NCBI GenBank assembly: GCA_045648785.1 | Contig: JAZROP010000041.1 | Location: forward strand, 20,268-84,267 | DNA: 64,000 nucleotides | Direction: 5' to 3' | Source of the DNA: Clostridia bacterium | Lineage (GTDB): Bacteria > Bacillota > Clostridia > RUG12999 | Part shown: positions 1 to 11,122 of the stretch, piece by piece | Numbering within the stretch: the first letter of the stretch is position 1 | Layout: every line of letters starts with the position of its first letter | Translations under genes and position numbers: made by a program | Notes under the pieces: model-generated | What the model saw: only the letters and a program-made list of their open reading frames with translations | Told to the model about the DNA's origin: nothing | Databases searched by the model: none

Positions 1-1783
1 TCATAAGACTGAGAACGGATTTGTATTCAGAGTATGGGCACCACAGGCAAAAAGTGTGCGAATAGTAGGTGATTTCAATTTTTGGGATGATGATACGGAT
101 TATATGGAGAAAATCCATGGCGGAATATGGGAGGGAAAAATAGATGGTGCCAAAATTTTTGATAACTATAAATTTGTTATTGAAAAAATAAGCGGTGAAA
201 AAGTACTTAAAAGCGATCCTTTTGCATTTCATAGTTGTACACGCCCCGATAATGCAAGTAAAATTTATTCTACAGACAACTTTAAGTGGAGTGACGGAGA
301 ATATATAAAAAAAAGAAAAAATCCGCTTGTGTCACCTTTGAATATATATGAGGTGCATTTTGGTTCATGGCAGCGATATGCGGACGGAAATACACTTAAC
401 TACAGAGAAATGGCAGACCGGCTTAGCAGTTATGTAGCTGAGATGGGGTATACTCATATTGAACTTTTACCAATATCGGAATACCCATTTGATCCATCAT
501 GGGGATATCAGGTTACAGGATATTATGCACCCACCTCCAGATATGGTACGCCGGAGGATTTTGCATATTTTGTAAATAAGTGTCATGAGATGGGTATTGG
601 TGTGATTTTAGATTGGGTGGGAGCCCATTTTCCAAAAGATGAAAATGGACTTTATGAGTTTGACGGAAGTTATTGTTTTGAATATTCAGACCCACTTAAA
701 AGAGAGCATCCCGAATGGAACACGAGAATTTTTGATTATGGAAAAAATGAAGTAAAATCATTCCTCATTTCAAACATAACTTTTTGGCAGAAAGTGTATC
801 ATATAGATGGCTTCAGAGTTGATGCAGTTGCATCAATGCTCTATCTTGATTATGGAAAACAGGGTGGACAGTGGCGACCAAATAAAGAGGGTGGAAATAT
901 TAATAATGATGCTATTGAGTTTTTACAACAGCTCAACCGGTCTGCATTTGAAATTAATGAAAATGTTCTTATGATAGCAGAAGAGTCAACAGCGTTTCCT
1001 CTTGTGACAAAACCACCTGAGGATGGGGGACTGGGTTTTAATTTTAAATGGAATATGGGCTGGATGAATGACATACTTGATTATCTCTCTTCAGACCCGC
1101 TTTTCAGAAAAGGTAAACATAGTGCACTAACCTTTCCTTTTTTCTATGCATTTTCAGAAAACTATATTCTGCCTATTTCACATGATGAGGTTGTGTATGG
1201 GAAAAAATCTATGATAAACAAAATACCGGCAGAATACGAAGAAAAATTTGATACACTCCGGGCATTTTACGCATATATGGTTGCTCATCCGGGGAAAAAA
1301 CTTTCATTTATGGGAAATGAATTTGGGCAGTTTAAAGAATGGGATTTTTCAAAAGAGCTTGACTGGAATCTCCTCAGCTTCGATAAACATAAAAAACTTT
1401 ATCTTTTTATAAAACAACTAAATCAATTTTATCTCACCAGTAGCGAACTATGGGAAAATGATACTGACTGGACTGGATTTAAATGGATTGTAAGCGATGA
1501 CAGGGACAACAGTGTTATTGCTTTCAGGAGAATTAATAAGAAGGGTGAGGAGATTATTTGTGTTTGTAATTTTTGCCCGGTTTTACGAAAAGGGTACAGA
1601 ATTGGAGTGCCGGAAAAAGGCATATATAAGCCGGTTTTAAACTCGGACAGAAAAATTTATGGTGGTGGCGGAACAAGACTTAGAAAGGTTAAATCCGCTG
1701 AAAAAGAGTCGCATGGATTTCCTTTCAGTATTAGTCTTACGCTTCCGCCACTGTCAACAGTATATTACAAATCAGAGAGGTGA
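1..1783 (+). CDS. glgB: 1,4-alpha-glucan branching enzyme GlgB (5' partial; frame continues upstream of the window start)
   Basis: Reading frame is open from position 2 ([30 protein letters not shown]...). GH13 catalytic-core motifs follow ([37 protein letters not shown]) and the protein carries the branching-enzyme C-terminus. Confidence 0.9.
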   Translation, partial: HKTENGFVFRVWAPQAKSVRIVGDFNFWDDDTDYMEKIHGGIWEGKIDGAKIFDNYKFVIEKISGEKVLKSDPFAFHSCTRPDNASKIYSTDNFKWSDGEYIKKRKNPLVSPLNIYEVHFGSWQRYADGNTLNYREMADRLSSYVAEMGYTHIELLPISEYPFDPSWGYQVTGYYAPTSRYGTPEDFAYFVNKCHEMGIGVILDWVGAHFPKDENGLYEFDGSYCFEYSDPLKREHPEWNTRIFDYGKNEVKSFLISNITFWQKVYHIDGFRVDAVASMLYLDYGKQGGQWRPNKEGGNINNDAIEFLQQLNRSAFEINENVLMIAEESTAFPLVTKPPEDGGLGFNFKWNMGWMNDILDYLSSDPLFRKGKHSALTFPFFYAFSENYILPISHDEVVYGKKSMINKIPAEYEEKFDTLRAFYAYMVAHPGKKLSFMGNEFGQFKEWDFSKELDWNLLSFDKHKKLYLFIKQLNQFYLTSSELWENDTDWTGFKWIVSDDRDNSVIAFRRINKKGEEIICVCNFCPVLRKGYRIGVPEKGIYKPVLNSDRKIYGGGGTRLRKVKSAEKESHGFPFSISLTLPPLSTVYYKSER

Positions 1784-1787
1784 AATA

Positions 1788-2933
1788 ATGCTTGGAATGA
1801 AGAAAAAATGTATTGCAATGCTGCTTGCCGGCGGACAGGGAAGCAGACTAACAGTTCTTACTGAAAAAACTGCAAAACCTGCCGTACCTTTCGGTGGTAA
1901 GTACAGAATAATTGACTTTCCGCTTTCTAACTGTGTAAATTCAGGTATTGATACGGTTGGGATTATGACGCAGTATCAGCCGCTTGAGCTTAATGAATAT
2001 ATTGGCAACGGTAGACCGTGGGGACTTAGCAGTAATTTCGGTGGGGCACATATACTGCCGCCTTATTCACGCAGTAAAAAAAGCGAATGGTATTCGGGGA
2101 CGGCAAATGCCATATATCAGAACAGATATTTTGTGGACAGGTATAATCCCGAATATATTGTAGTTTTATCGGGTGACCAGATATACAAAATGAATTATGC
2201 ACAAATGCTGGACTTTCATAGAAAAAACGATGCTGAATGTACAATAGCGGTACTGGATGTTCCATTGAGCGAGGCGTCAAGATTTGGTATTATGAACTGT
2301 CGAGATAACGGTCAAATTTATGAATTTGAAGAAAAGCCCCAAAAACCTAAAAGCACCAAAGCATCTATGGGAGTATATATTTTTAATTGGAAAATACTGA
2401 GAGAATATTTGAAAAAGGATGCAAAGGACCCATTTTCAGATAATGACTTTGGAAAAAACATAATTCCTACCATGCTTGCTGATGGAAAAAGAATGTTTGC
2501 ATATCTGTTCGACGGTTATTGGCGGGATGTAGGAACAATAGAAAGTCTCTGGGAGGCTAATATGGATCTTCTTTCGGAAAATGGAGGAGTAAAGCTCGAG
2601 GAACATGGGTTTAAAATTTATTCACGCAATTATGCACAGCCTCCGGCATTTATAGCAAAAACAGGGAAAATTTACAATTCAATGATTGCAGAAGGTTGCT
2701 GCATAAATGGCATTGTGAAAAATTCTGTTGTCTCGGTAGGTTGCAGGGTTGAAGATGGGGCGGTGGTAGAAAATAGTGTAATTATGCCGGGTGTTATTAT
2801 TGGAAAAAAATGCAAAGTTTATTATTCTGTTGTAGGCGAGAAAAGTAAAATTTCAGATGGGGTGACAATCGGACAATCGGATGGTGGAAAAGAAAACATA
2901 TTTGTTGTTGGCAAAAATAAAATAATAAATTGA
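1788..2933 (+). CDS. glgC: glucose-1-phosphate adenylyltransferase GlgC
   Basis: [21 protein letters not shown]...[25 protein letters not shown]-terminus is typical of ADP-glucose pyrophosphorylase. The ATG at 1788 is preceded by AGAGAGG. The upstream part of ORF 1659 overlaps glgB and is rejected. Confidence 0.9.
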   Translation: MLGMKKKCIAMLLAGGQGSRLTVLTEKTAKPAVPFGGKYRIIDFPLSNCVNSGIDTVGIMTQYQPLELNEYIGNGRPWGLSSNFGGAHILPPYSRSKKSEWYSGTANAIYQNRYFVDRYNPEYIVVLSGDQIYKMNYAQMLDFHRKNDAECTIAVLDVPLSEASRFGIMNCRDNGQIYEFEEKPQKPKSTKASMGVYIFNWKILREYLKKDAKDPFSDNDFGKNIIPTMLADGKRMFAYLFDGYWRDVGTIESLWEANMDLLSENGGVKLEEHGFKIYSRNYAQPPAFIAKTGKIYNSMIAEGCCINGIVKNSVVSVGCRVEDGAVVENSVIMPGVIIGKKCKVYYSVVGEKSKISDGVTIGQSDGGKENIFVVGKNKIIN

Positions 2934-2950
2934 GATGAGGGCATTATAAT

Positions 2951-4048
2951 ATGAAAGCAACAGGAATTATTTTTTCAAATATATATGACAGTGTAATGGG
3001 GGAGCTTACTAAAAAGCGTGCAGTGGCATCTCTTCCAATTGGAGGCAGGTACAGACTAATAGATTTTATGCTGTCCAATATGGCAAATTCGGGAATATAT
3101 TCAGTAGGAGTACTGACTAAATATAACTACCGTTCTCTGCTTGACCATCTTGGTAGCGGAAGTGAATGGGATTTGAACAGAAAAAACGGAGGGCTTTTTA
3201 TTCTGCCTCCGTTTACCTCAGGAGACTTAGCTGAACCCAGAGGTAAATTTGAAGCAATGTATAACGCAATACCTTTTTTAAACAGAGTAAAAACTGATTA
3301 TGTTATACTTTGTGATGCTTCAGTGGTATGTAAGGTTGATTTTGAAAAAATTCTTGACAATCATATTGCTTCAGGGGTAGATATTACAGCTGTTGCAAGT
3401 GTTGAAAAAGATTATAAGTGTGATGAAAAGGATGTAACATTTGAGATATCCGGGGACAAAATTAATGAAATTTCAATAGGATACAGAAGTAAGAAAAACT
3501 GTCCTGTAAGTATGGGTATTTATGTAATAAAAAGAAGTCAGCTGATTGAGGCTGCGGAGGAATTTGTAAGCAAAGGCAGATACAGCTTTGAAAAGGATTA
3601 TATGCAGGCAGGATTTTTAAGTGGTGAACTTAAAGTAAACCTTTATCTATTTGATGGAATTGTTCTTAGAAACCGGAATATAGAATCATATTTTAAAAAT
3701 AATATCCGGCTTATGGAGGAAAAAGTTAGAAAAGAAATTTTCAGTCGTGAAATGCCGGTATATACAAAAGTAAGGTATGAAGTGCCCACCTTATACGGTG
3801 AAATGTGCAATGTAAATGACTGCTTTGTTGCTGATGGATGTAAAATACTTGGAGAAGCAGAAAATTCGGTTATCTTCCGTGATGTTGTTCTGGAAGAGGG
3901 TGCACGCGTTAAAAACTGCATTATAATGCAGGGTGTAAAGGTTTCTAAAGGTGCGGATATAGAAAATGCAATTGTTGAAAAAAATACTGTTGTAAACGAA
4001 AATGAAATTTTCAGAGGAGCTGAGAATTCTCCTGTTATTGTAAGATAG
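2951..4048 (+). CDS. glgD: glucose-1-phosphate adenylyltransferase regulatory subunit GlgD
   Basis: Paralogous to GlgC (AVASLPIGGRYRLIDFMLSNMANSGI) but diverged, and sits in the Firmicutes glgC-glgD position. Confidence 0.85.
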   Translation: MKATGIIFSNIYDSVMGELTKKRAVASLPIGGRYRLIDFMLSNMANSGIYSVGVLTKYNYRSLLDHLGSGSEWDLNRKNGGLFILPPFTSGDLAEPRGKFEAMYNAIPFLNRVKTDYVILCDASVVCKVDFEKILDNHIASGVDITAVASVEKDYKCDEKDVTFEISGDKINEISIGYRSKKNCPVSMGIYVIKRSQLIEAAEEFVSKGRYSFEKDYMQAGFLSGELKVNLYLFDGIVLRNRNIESYFKNNIRLMEEKVRKEIFSREMPVYTKVRYEVPTLYGEMCNVNDCFVADGCKILGEAENSVIFRDVVLEEGARVKNCIIMQGVKVSKGADIENAIVEKNTVVNENEIFRGAENSPVIVR

Positions 4049-4063
4049 AAAAGAGGAAAAATT

Positions 4064-5482
4064 TTGAAGATACTTTTTGCAGCAAGTGAGGCGGCGCCAT
4101 TTGTTAAATCGGGCGGGCTTGGTGATGTTATGGGAGCACTTCCACCTGCTCTTGCACAAAATAATAATATTGAAACATGTGTGGTTCTGCCTTTTTATGC
4201 ATCAATAAAAAACTCAATAGACGCAGAGTTTGTCTGTAGTTTTAATGTGCCGCTTTCCTGGAGAAATGTGTATGCAGGCATTTATAAAAAGATAAGCAGA
4301 AATGTTACCTGGTATTTTATTGATAATAACTATTATTTCGGCAGGGATTGTTACGGATATGATGACGATGGGGAAAGGTTTGCTTTTTTTGATAAGGCGG
4401 TTGTCGAAGCAATATCTTACATAGATTTTGCTCCCGATTTAATTCATCTTAACGATTGGCAGACTGGATTTATACCACTTTTTTTAAAAGCTCATTACTC
4501 GGACATTCCAATCTATCGTGGTATTAAAACTATATTTACGATACACAATATTGAATATCAGGGCAAGGCAAACCCAGACTTTTTAAATGATGTTCTTGGC
4601 GTGGATGAGTATTGGCGCGGTGCGGCAGAACATGATGGTATGATAAATGCAGTAAAGTGTGCTATTGAGCTGGCTGACAAGGTTACAACGGTTTCTGACA
4701 CCTATGCTCATGAGATTAAACATGCATATTTTGCGGCAGGACTTGAAAGTGTTACCGAACGAAATTCACACAAACTTATGGGAATTGTAAATGGAATAGA
4801 TAATGAAACTTTTAATCCGTCAACAGACTCAGGAGTTAGTGTAAAATATGGAAATAATACAGTTTATCTAAAAGATGAAAATAAAAAGAAACTTAGAAAA
4901 CTCCTTGCACTTGAGGAAAGAGAGAATGTCCCAGTTTTTGCAATAATTTCAAGACTCGCTGAGCATAAGGGAATGGAACTTTTTGAAAGTATCTGGAAAG
5001 AGCTTTTAGAGCATGACTTACAGCTTGTTATAATAGGAACAGGCGAAAAAAAGTATGAGGATTTTTTTAGATTTTTAGAATATTCTTATCCGGGAAAGGT
5101 TTCAGCCAATATAATGTTTGATACAGTGAGGGCATCAAAGATTTATGCGGGGGCAGATTTTCTTTTGATGCCGTCAAAATCAGAGCCGTGCGGACTTTCG
5201 CAACTTATAGCAATGAGATATGGGTGCATACCTATTGTTCGGGAAACAGGAGGGCTTGTAGACACAGTTCCGCCTATTGACACAGCAACTCTTGATGGAC
5301 TCGGCTTTACATTTAAAACCTACAACCCCGGGGACATGCTAGATGCAGTAAAGAGAGCTTCAGACTTTTACAGACAGAAAGATAAGTTTGAATATCTTCG
5401 CCGTAAAATAATGTCGGTAGATAATGGGTGGAATAAAAGGGCAGCACAGTATATTGACCTATATAAAGAAATTTTATCATAA
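4064..5482 (+). CDS. glgA: glycogen synthase GlgA (TTG start)
   Basis: MKILFAASEAAPFVKSGGLGDVMGALP is the GT5 ADP-glucose binding motif. RBS AAGAGGAAAA lies upstream of the TTG. Confidence 0.9.
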   Translation: MKILFAASEAAPFVKSGGLGDVMGALPPALAQNNNIETCVVLPFYASIKNSIDAEFVCSFNVPLSWRNVYAGIYKKISRNVTWYFIDNNYYFGRDCYGYDDDGERFAFFDKAVVEAISYIDFAPDLIHLNDWQTGFIPLFLKAHYSDIPIYRGIKTIFTIHNIEYQGKANPDFLNDVLGVDEYWRGAAEHDGMINAVKCAIELADKVTTVSDTYAHEIKHAYFAAGLESVTERNSHKLMGIVNGIDNETFNPSTDSGVSVKYGNNTVYLKDENKKKLRKLLALEERENVPVFAIISRLAEHKGMELFESIWKELLEHDLQLVIIGTGEKKYEDFFRFLEYSYPGKVSANIMFDTVRASKIYAGADFLLMPSKSEPCGLSQLIAMRYGCIPIVRETGGLVDTVPPIDTATLDGLGFTFKTYNPGDMLDAVKRASDFYRQKDKFEYLRRKIMSVDNGWNKRAAQYIDLYKEILS

Positions 5483-5493
5483 GGGGAATATAA

Positions 5494-7890
5494 ATGAAGC
5501 AAAAGGATTTTAAAACCAGACTTGAGGAAATATCAGAAAAGAATTTTGGCTGCGGATTATCGGAGTTGACAAAGCATCAGCTTTATAAAATAATGTGCAG
5601 CGGAGTAAAGGACATTCTTGCAGAAAAAAACAGAGATTTTCATAAAAGAACAAAAAAGAAAAATGTATATTATATGTCAATGGAATTCCTTGTAGGAACA
5701 TCCCTAAAAAATAATTTATATAATCTTGGAATGGAAAAACAGGCACAGGAGATAATTGACGAGCTAGGCTACAATATAAACGACTTTTATGAAATTGAGC
5801 CGGATGCAGGACTTGGTAACGGTGGTCTTGGAAGGCTTGCTTCCTGCTATATGGACTCAATGACTACTCTTAAAATTCCTGCAACGGGATTTTCTATAAG
5901 GTATGAATTTGGTATATTTAAACAAAAAATAATTGATGCATGGCAAATGGAATTTCCTGATAACTGGCTGGCTAATGGAGAGGTTTGGCTTAACTCCAGA
6001 CCTGATGATGCTGTTGAGATAAAACTTGGCGGAAGAGTCCAGGAGCATTGGGATGAAAAAGGGTTCCGTGGGGAACTTGTAGATTATGATTCGGTTATGG
6101 CAGTGCCGCACGACCTTTATATTTCAGGTTATAATTCCACAGCGGTTAATCGACTTGTTTTGTGGAGTGCAGTTTCTCCGGACAGTATAGATATGAACTT
6201 GTTTTCGCGCGGAGATTATATGAAAGCGCTTGAAAAAAGTACAAAAGCAGAAGTTATTTCAAAGGTGCTTTATCCCGCAGACGACCACTTGGAGGGGAAA
6301 ATTCTTAGAATAAAACAACAGTACTTTTTTGTTTCCGCGTCACTCCAGTCCATTGTTAAAGAGCATATATCTAAAAATGAAACTATTGAAAATCTGTACG
6401 AAAAAGTGGCAATTCATATAAATGACACGCATCCGTCTATGTGTGTGCCCGAGCTTATGAGAATTCTTATGGATGAGCATGGTTTAGGATGGGATAGTGC
6501 CTGGGAGATAACCTGCAAAACCTTAAGTTATACAAATCACACGGTTATGAGCGAAGCATTAGAAAGATGGAACGAAAGTATGTTTGCAGGTCAACTGCCA
6601 AGAATTTATCAGATTATATCGGAAATTAACAGGCGGCTTGTAGAAAAACTTTACAAAATTTATCCAGGCGATATTGCGAAAATAGATTACATGTCGGTTA
6701 TTTCGGGTGGAGAAATTAAAATGGCTAACCTCTGCCTTGCGGCATGTCATAAAATAAATGGCGTATCAAAGCTTCACACAGATATTCTTGTATCAAGCAT
6801 TTTCCGCGATTACTATAATATAAATAAAGAAAAATTTATTAATGTAACAAACGGTATTAACTACAGAAGATGGCTTTGTCAGGCAAATCCGGACCTAACC
6901 GATTATATTACAGAGCTTATTGGAGATGGATTTTTAAAAAATGCTGAAAAGCTTGAAGATTTGATTAAATTTTCGGGGGATAAAAAAGTTCTTGAAAACC
7001 TTCGTAAAATTAAGCAAAATAATAAGAAGCGGCTTGCTGATTATATAGAGAAAGCAAACGGCATAAACGTAGATTTAGACTCAATCTTTGATGTGCAGAT
7101 AAAAAGACTGCACGAATATAAGCGCCAGTTGTTAAATGCCCTGCACATAATGTATTTATATAAAGAAATAAAAAGAGGGGCAACTGATATAATGCCCAGA
7201 ACATTTATTTTTGCAGCTAAAGCTTCGCCGGGATATTTTATGGCAAAACAGATTATAAGGCTGATTGTAACTTTATCCGAGCTTATAAATAACGACCATC
7301 AGGCGAGAGATATTATAAAAATTGTTTTTATTGAGGACTATAAAGTTTCACTTGCAGAAAAGATTATTCCAGCGGCTGAAATATCACAGCAGATATCAGT
7401 TGCAGGCAAGGAAGCCTCTGGTACAGGAAATATGAAGCTTATGATCAACGGCGCGGTGACGCTTGGTACACTTGACGGTGCCAATGTGGAGATTTTTGAA
7501 CAGGTGGGAGAGGATAATATTTTCCTGTTTGGTCTTAAATCTGAAGAAACTGAAAAGTTTAGACAACAGGGATATAATCCGTCTGAATTTTTAAAATCAA
7601 TCCCCGTACTAAATGAAGTTGTTTCTATGTTGACCTCGGGTGAACTCGGAGCAAAGTTCGATGACATAGCCAGGGCGCTTTTGTCGGGTGGATATGGCAG
7701 AGCGGATGAATATCTAACGCTTGCGGATTTTAAATCATATGCGACCGCCCAGAAAAAGGTGGGAGAAGTCTATATGGATAAGGATAAGTTTACTAATATG
7801 TCGCTTATTAATATTGCAAAGTCAGGAATTTTTTCTGCAGACAGGTCTGTGAGGGAATATGCAGAAAAAATATGGAATATTAAAGTATGA
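5494..7890 (+). CDS. glgP: glycogen/maltodextrin phosphorylase GlgP
   Basis: GT35 hallmark EASGTGNMKLMINGA (pyridoxal-phosphate lysine region); about 800 aa. Confidence 0.92.
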   Translation: MKQKDFKTRLEEISEKNFGCGLSELTKHQLYKIMCSGVKDILAEKNRDFHKRTKKKNVYYMSMEFLVGTSLKNNLYNLGMEKQAQEIIDELGYNINDFYEIEPDAGLGNGGLGRLASCYMDSMTTLKIPATGFSIRYEFGIFKQKIIDAWQMEFPDNWLANGEVWLNSRPDDAVEIKLGGRVQEHWDEKGFRGELVDYDSVMAVPHDLYISGYNSTAVNRLVLWSAVSPDSIDMNLFSRGDYMKALEKSTKAEVISKVLYPADDHLEGKILRIKQQYFFVSASLQSIVKEHISKNETIENLYEKVAIHINDTHPSMCVPELMRILMDEHGLGWDSAWEITCKTLSYTNHTVMSEALERWNESMFAGQLPRIYQIISEINRRLVEKLYKIYPGDIAKIDYMSVISGGEIKMANLCLAACHKINGVSKLHTDILVSSIFRDYYNINKEKFINVTNGINYRRWLCQANPDLTDYITELIGDGFLKNAEKLEDLIKFSGDKKVLENLRKIKQNNKKRLADYIEKANGINVDLDSIFDVQIKRLHEYKRQLLNALHIMYLYKEIKRGATDIMPRTFIFAAKASPGYFMAKQIIRLIVTLSELINNDHQARDIIKIVFIEDYKVSLAEKIIPAAEISQQISVAGKEASGTGNMKLMINGAVTLGTLDGANVEIFEQVGEDNIFLFGLKSEETEKFRQQGYNPSEFLKSIPVLNEVVSMLTSGELGAKFDDIARALLSGGYGRADEYLTLADFKSYATAQKKVGEVYMDKDKFTNMSLINIAKSGIFSADRSVREYAEKIWNIKV

Positions 7891-9602
7891 GAATTCTCTT
7901 TGACAGTAAAGAAGAAAAGTATAAAAAGCCGTTTGGGGCAATAAAGATGGGGCAAGTATGTTATTTTAACATACTTGTCCCTGAAAGCTGTCCGGCTGAA
8001 AAGGTTTATATTATTTTTGAAATGAACGGGAAAGAAATTTGCTATGAAATGCAGCGGTTTGAAAGTAAGAATGAATATGTAAGTTTTAAAACTGAACTCT
8101 TTTTTGATATTCCCGGTTTATATTTTTATAGGTTCTATATCAAAAAGGCTGATGGTGGATTTAATCTTTTTAAACAGGGATACACAGACACTAATATGGA
8201 GGCGGGGGAAAAATGGCAACTTACTTGCTACGACTCAAGCTACCATGCGCCCGAGTGGGCAAAGGGTGCAGTTATTTATCAAATATTTCCCGACCGCTAT
8301 AACAAAAAGGGTAAGTGTGACCTTTCGGAAAAACTGCTCCCTTTTAAAATACATGCAAATTTCAGCGACTCTCCCGACTGTCAGCCTGATGACGAGGGCA
8401 ACTGGAATAATGATTTTTTTGGAGGAAATTTAGCTGGAATTGTGGAAAAGCTAGATTATATAAAAGATTTAGGTGTTGACACGATATATCTTAACCCAAT
8501 TGTCAAGGCTTTTTCCAATCACAGATATGATACTGCGGATTATTTATCTGTTGACCCTATGCTTGGCAATTTAAATGATTTTAAAAACCTGTGTGATGAA
8601 TCACATAAAAGGAACATTAAAATTATTTTTGACGGGGTATATAATCATACCGGAAAAAGAAGCATATATTTTGAGTCGGCAGTAAATGATGATAAATCTC
8701 CCTATAAAGACTGGTATGATTTTAAGAATTTTCCGCATGATTATGTATCGTGGTGGGGAATAAGTACTTTGCCTCAAATAAAAAAAGGTCACCCTGATTT
8801 TATAAAATTTATTACAGAAAAAGTAATTCCTTTTTGGCTAAATCTTGGAGCTGATGGGGTAAGACTAGATGTCGCGGATGAACTGACAGATGAGTTTATA
8901 GAAAAAATATCACAATCAGCCAAAAATGTTAAGCAGGAAGCCCTTGTTATAGGTGAGGTTTGGGAGGATGCATCCAACAAAATAAGCTACGGAGAGCAAA
9001 GAAGATATCTTCTGGGCAGAGAGCTTGATTCGGTGATGAACTACCCGTTTTTAAATGCTATTGTGGGTTTTGTAAAAGGAGAAAAAAGTGCAGAGCAGTT
9101 TGCATATGAAGTAATGACAATAACAGAAAATTATCCTCCGGATATTTTGAATTGTTCTATGAATATGCTTTCAACGCATGATACGGCGAGAATTTTAACT
9201 CAACTTGATGGAAATAAAATAGCTTTGAAAACTGCAATGTTTTTACAGTTTATGCTACCAGGGTCTCCATCAATATATTATGGCGATGAAATTGGCATGG
9301 AAGGCGGAAAAGATCCATTTAACAGAGGATATTTCAAGTGGGATGATATGAATTTTGAGTTAAGAGGCTATGTCAGAAAATTATGCGAGTTAAAGCACAG
9401 ATTTCCCCAACTGAGAACGGGGAGGATTAAATTTTTAAACAATGAAAATACTGTTGTATTCATCAGAGAAAACTTGAAGATTGTTGTTAATATGACTGAT
9501 GTAACCCATGAGGAAAATGGAGAAATTATTTTTTCGGAAAACACAAGGGAAAATAAAATAAATAAATATGGATTTGCTATAATAAATAATGCCACTCAAT
9601 AA
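7887..9602 (+). CDS. GH13 alpha-glycosidase (neopullulanase / maltogenic-amylase-like) with N-terminal Ig-like domain
   Basis: GH13 conserved regions GVDTIYLNPIVKAFSNHRYDTADY, GADGVRLDVADEL, GEVWEDAS, LSTHDTARI. Its start overlaps the glgP stop (ATGA). Confidence 0.8.
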   Translation: MRILFDSKEEKYKKPFGAIKMGQVCYFNILVPESCPAEKVYIIFEMNGKEICYEMQRFESKNEYVSFKTELFFDIPGLYFYRFYIKKADGGFNLFKQGYTDTNMEAGEKWQLTCYDSSYHAPEWAKGAVIYQIFPDRYNKKGKCDLSEKLLPFKIHANFSDSPDCQPDDEGNWNNDFFGGNLAGIVEKLDYIKDLGVDTIYLNPIVKAFSNHRYDTADYLSVDPMLGNLNDFKNLCDESHKRNIKIIFDGVYNHTGKRSIYFESAVNDDKSPYKDWYDFKNFPHDYVSWWGISTLPQIKKGHPDFIKFITEKVIPFWLNLGADGVRLDVADELTDEFIEKISQSAKNVKQEALVIGEVWEDASNKISYGEQRRYLLGRELDSVMNYPFLNAIVGFVKGEKSAEQFAYEVMTITENYPPDILNCSMNMLSTHDTARILTQLDGNKIALKTAMFLQFMLPGSPSIYYGDEIGMEGGKDPFNRGYFKWDDMNFELRGYVRKLCELKHRFPQLRTGRIKFLNNENTVVFIRENLKIVVNMTDVTHEENGEIIFSENTRENKINKYGFAIINNATQ

Positions 9603-9614
9603 ATTGAGTGGCAT
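9589..9614. terminator. bidirectional intrinsic terminator shared by the convergent GH13 and rhaB genes
   Basis: Perfect inverted repeat ATGCCACTCAAT-AA-ATTGAGTGGCAT spanning the GH13 stop codon. Confidence 0.6.
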
Positions 9615-9621
9615 CAACACT

Positions 9622-11109
9622 TTATTTAAGACCGGTAACAGTTAAGAATTTTTCATAAGCGGCAGTCCATGCATCCTGCTCGGTGGGGAGATACTCTTTT
9701 GTATCAAAAGAGTTTATAACCACCTTGCGTGCCTCGGCAAGAGACTTAATTTTTCCAAGGGATGTGAGCTGCATAAGTGCATTTCCTGTTCCTGTTGCTT
9801 CAACAGGTCCGGCAACAACTTTTTTTCCTGTTGCACAGGAGATAAGCGTGCAAACCATTGTATCTTTAATGCCACCGCCAACCATATGTATTACATCAAG
9901 GGTTTTGCCTAAAGTATCTTCCATACCCTTTACGGCGTATGCACATTTCATTGCAATGCTTTGTGCCGCGCAGCGAATAACTTCACCCTCTGTTTCGGGA
10001 ACTTTCTGACCTGTTTTTTTGCAATATTCACGAATTCTTTTCGGCATATTTCCAGGGCCTGCAAAGGCTTCGTCATCGGGATTGATGAAAGACTCAAATG
10101 GTTCTGCCTGCCATGCTGCTTTTTCAAGAGCATCAAAGGAGAAGTCTTTACCCTCGCGTTTCCACTGGCGTCTGCTTTCCTGGATAATCCAAAGTCCCAT
10201 AATGTTCTTAAGGAAACGGATTTTGTTTTCAACACCGCCCTCGTTTGTGAAGTCATACTCAAAGCTTTTTTCGGAAATAACTGGCTGGTCCGATTCAACA
10301 CCCAAAAGTGCCCATGTACCTGTGCTTATGTATGCATAATCATATCCGCCTGTGGCAGGAACGGAAGCAACTGCTGAAGCGGTGTCATGAGAGCCAACAG
10401 CAATAACAGGAACTTTCGGACAACCAAGTTCTTCGCAAATGTCATCCGAAAGCATACCGATTTTTTCACCTGGGTGAATTATATCGCAAAAAAGGTCTCT
10501 TTTTATTCCAAGCTTTCCTATAAGCTCGTCATCCCATGTTTTTGTATATGGATTAAGAAGCTGAGAGGTTGAAGAAATAGTATATTCATTTTTCATTTCA
10601 CCTGTCAAAAAATAGTTGAACAGGTCAGGAGTGAAAAGTAGCTTGTTTGCAATTTTGAGTGACGGGTCATCGTTTTTAACCATTGACAGAAGCTGAAAAA
10701 TGGTATTAAAGAAATTGAACTGGATGCCTGTTCTGTCAAAAATATATTTTTTTCCAACCATTTTGTCTGCTTCATCAATCATGCCATTTGTTCTGGTATC
10801 GCGATAGTGGTAGGGATTTGCAATAAGCTGACCATTTTTGTCAAGCAATCCAAAGTCAACACCCCAAGTATCTATACCGATTGCTTCAAAATCTGTATGA
10901 CCATTATTGATTGTGTTTAAAATACCCTGTTTAATTTCAAAAAACAGACGCATAATGTCCCAACGATATGTTCCGGAAACCATTACAGGGTCGTTAGAAA
11001 AACGATGCATCTCGTCCATTGTAATTTTCTCACCATCAAATGTGAAAAGCAGTGCGCGGCCACTTGATGCACCAAAGTCAAAGGCAAGTACTTTAGATTG
11101 TTTACTCAT
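9622..11109 (-). CDS. rhaB: rhamnulokinase (FGGY family sugar kinase)
   Basis: Blocks match RhaB: AFDFGASSGRALL, IGIDTWGVDFGLLD, YRDTRTNGM, GIQFNFFNTIFQL, NEGGVENKIRFLKNIMGLW, HMVGGG, AGPVEATGTGNA. Confidence 0.75.
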   Translation of the reverse strand: MSKQSKVLAFDFGASSGRALLFTFDGEKITMDEMHRFSNDPVMVSGTYRWDIMRLFFEIKQGILNTINNGHTDFEAIGIDTWGVDFGLLDKNGQLIANPYHYRDTRTNGMIDEADKMVGKKYIFDRTGIQFNFFNTIFQLLSMVKNDDPSLKIANKLLFTPDLFNYFLTGEMKNEYTISSTSQLLNPYTKTWDDELIGKLGIKRDLFCDIIHPGEKIGMLSDDICEELGCPKVPVIAVGSHDTASAVASVPATGGYDYAYISTGTWALLGVESDQPVISEKSFEYDFTNEGGVENKIRFLKNIMGLWIIQESRRQWKREGKDFSFDALEKAAWQAEPFESFINPDDEAFAGPGNMPKRIREYCKKTGQKVPETEGEVIRCAAQSIAMKCAYAVKGMEDTLGKTLDVIHMVGGGIKDTMVCTLISCATGKKVVAGPVEATGTGNALMQLTSLGKIKSLAEARKVVINSFDTKEYLPTEQDAWTAAYEKFLTVTGLK

Positions 11110-11122
11110 GATGTGCTCCTTT

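Noticed and set aside
1659-1787. Upstream extension of glgC (ORF-track start 1659)
   Set aside because: It overlaps the glgB C-terminus in another frame. The conserved GlgC N-terminus begins at the ATG at 1788, which has an RBS.
3791-4159. Antisense or internal ORFs inside conserved genes (for example 3791-4159, 9948-10377, 15328-15789, 17715-18008, 25622-25945, 42623-43048, 53199-53645)
   Set aside because: These are shadow ORFs fully overlapping well-supported housekeeping genes on the other strand or frame. They have low-complexity translations and no RBS.
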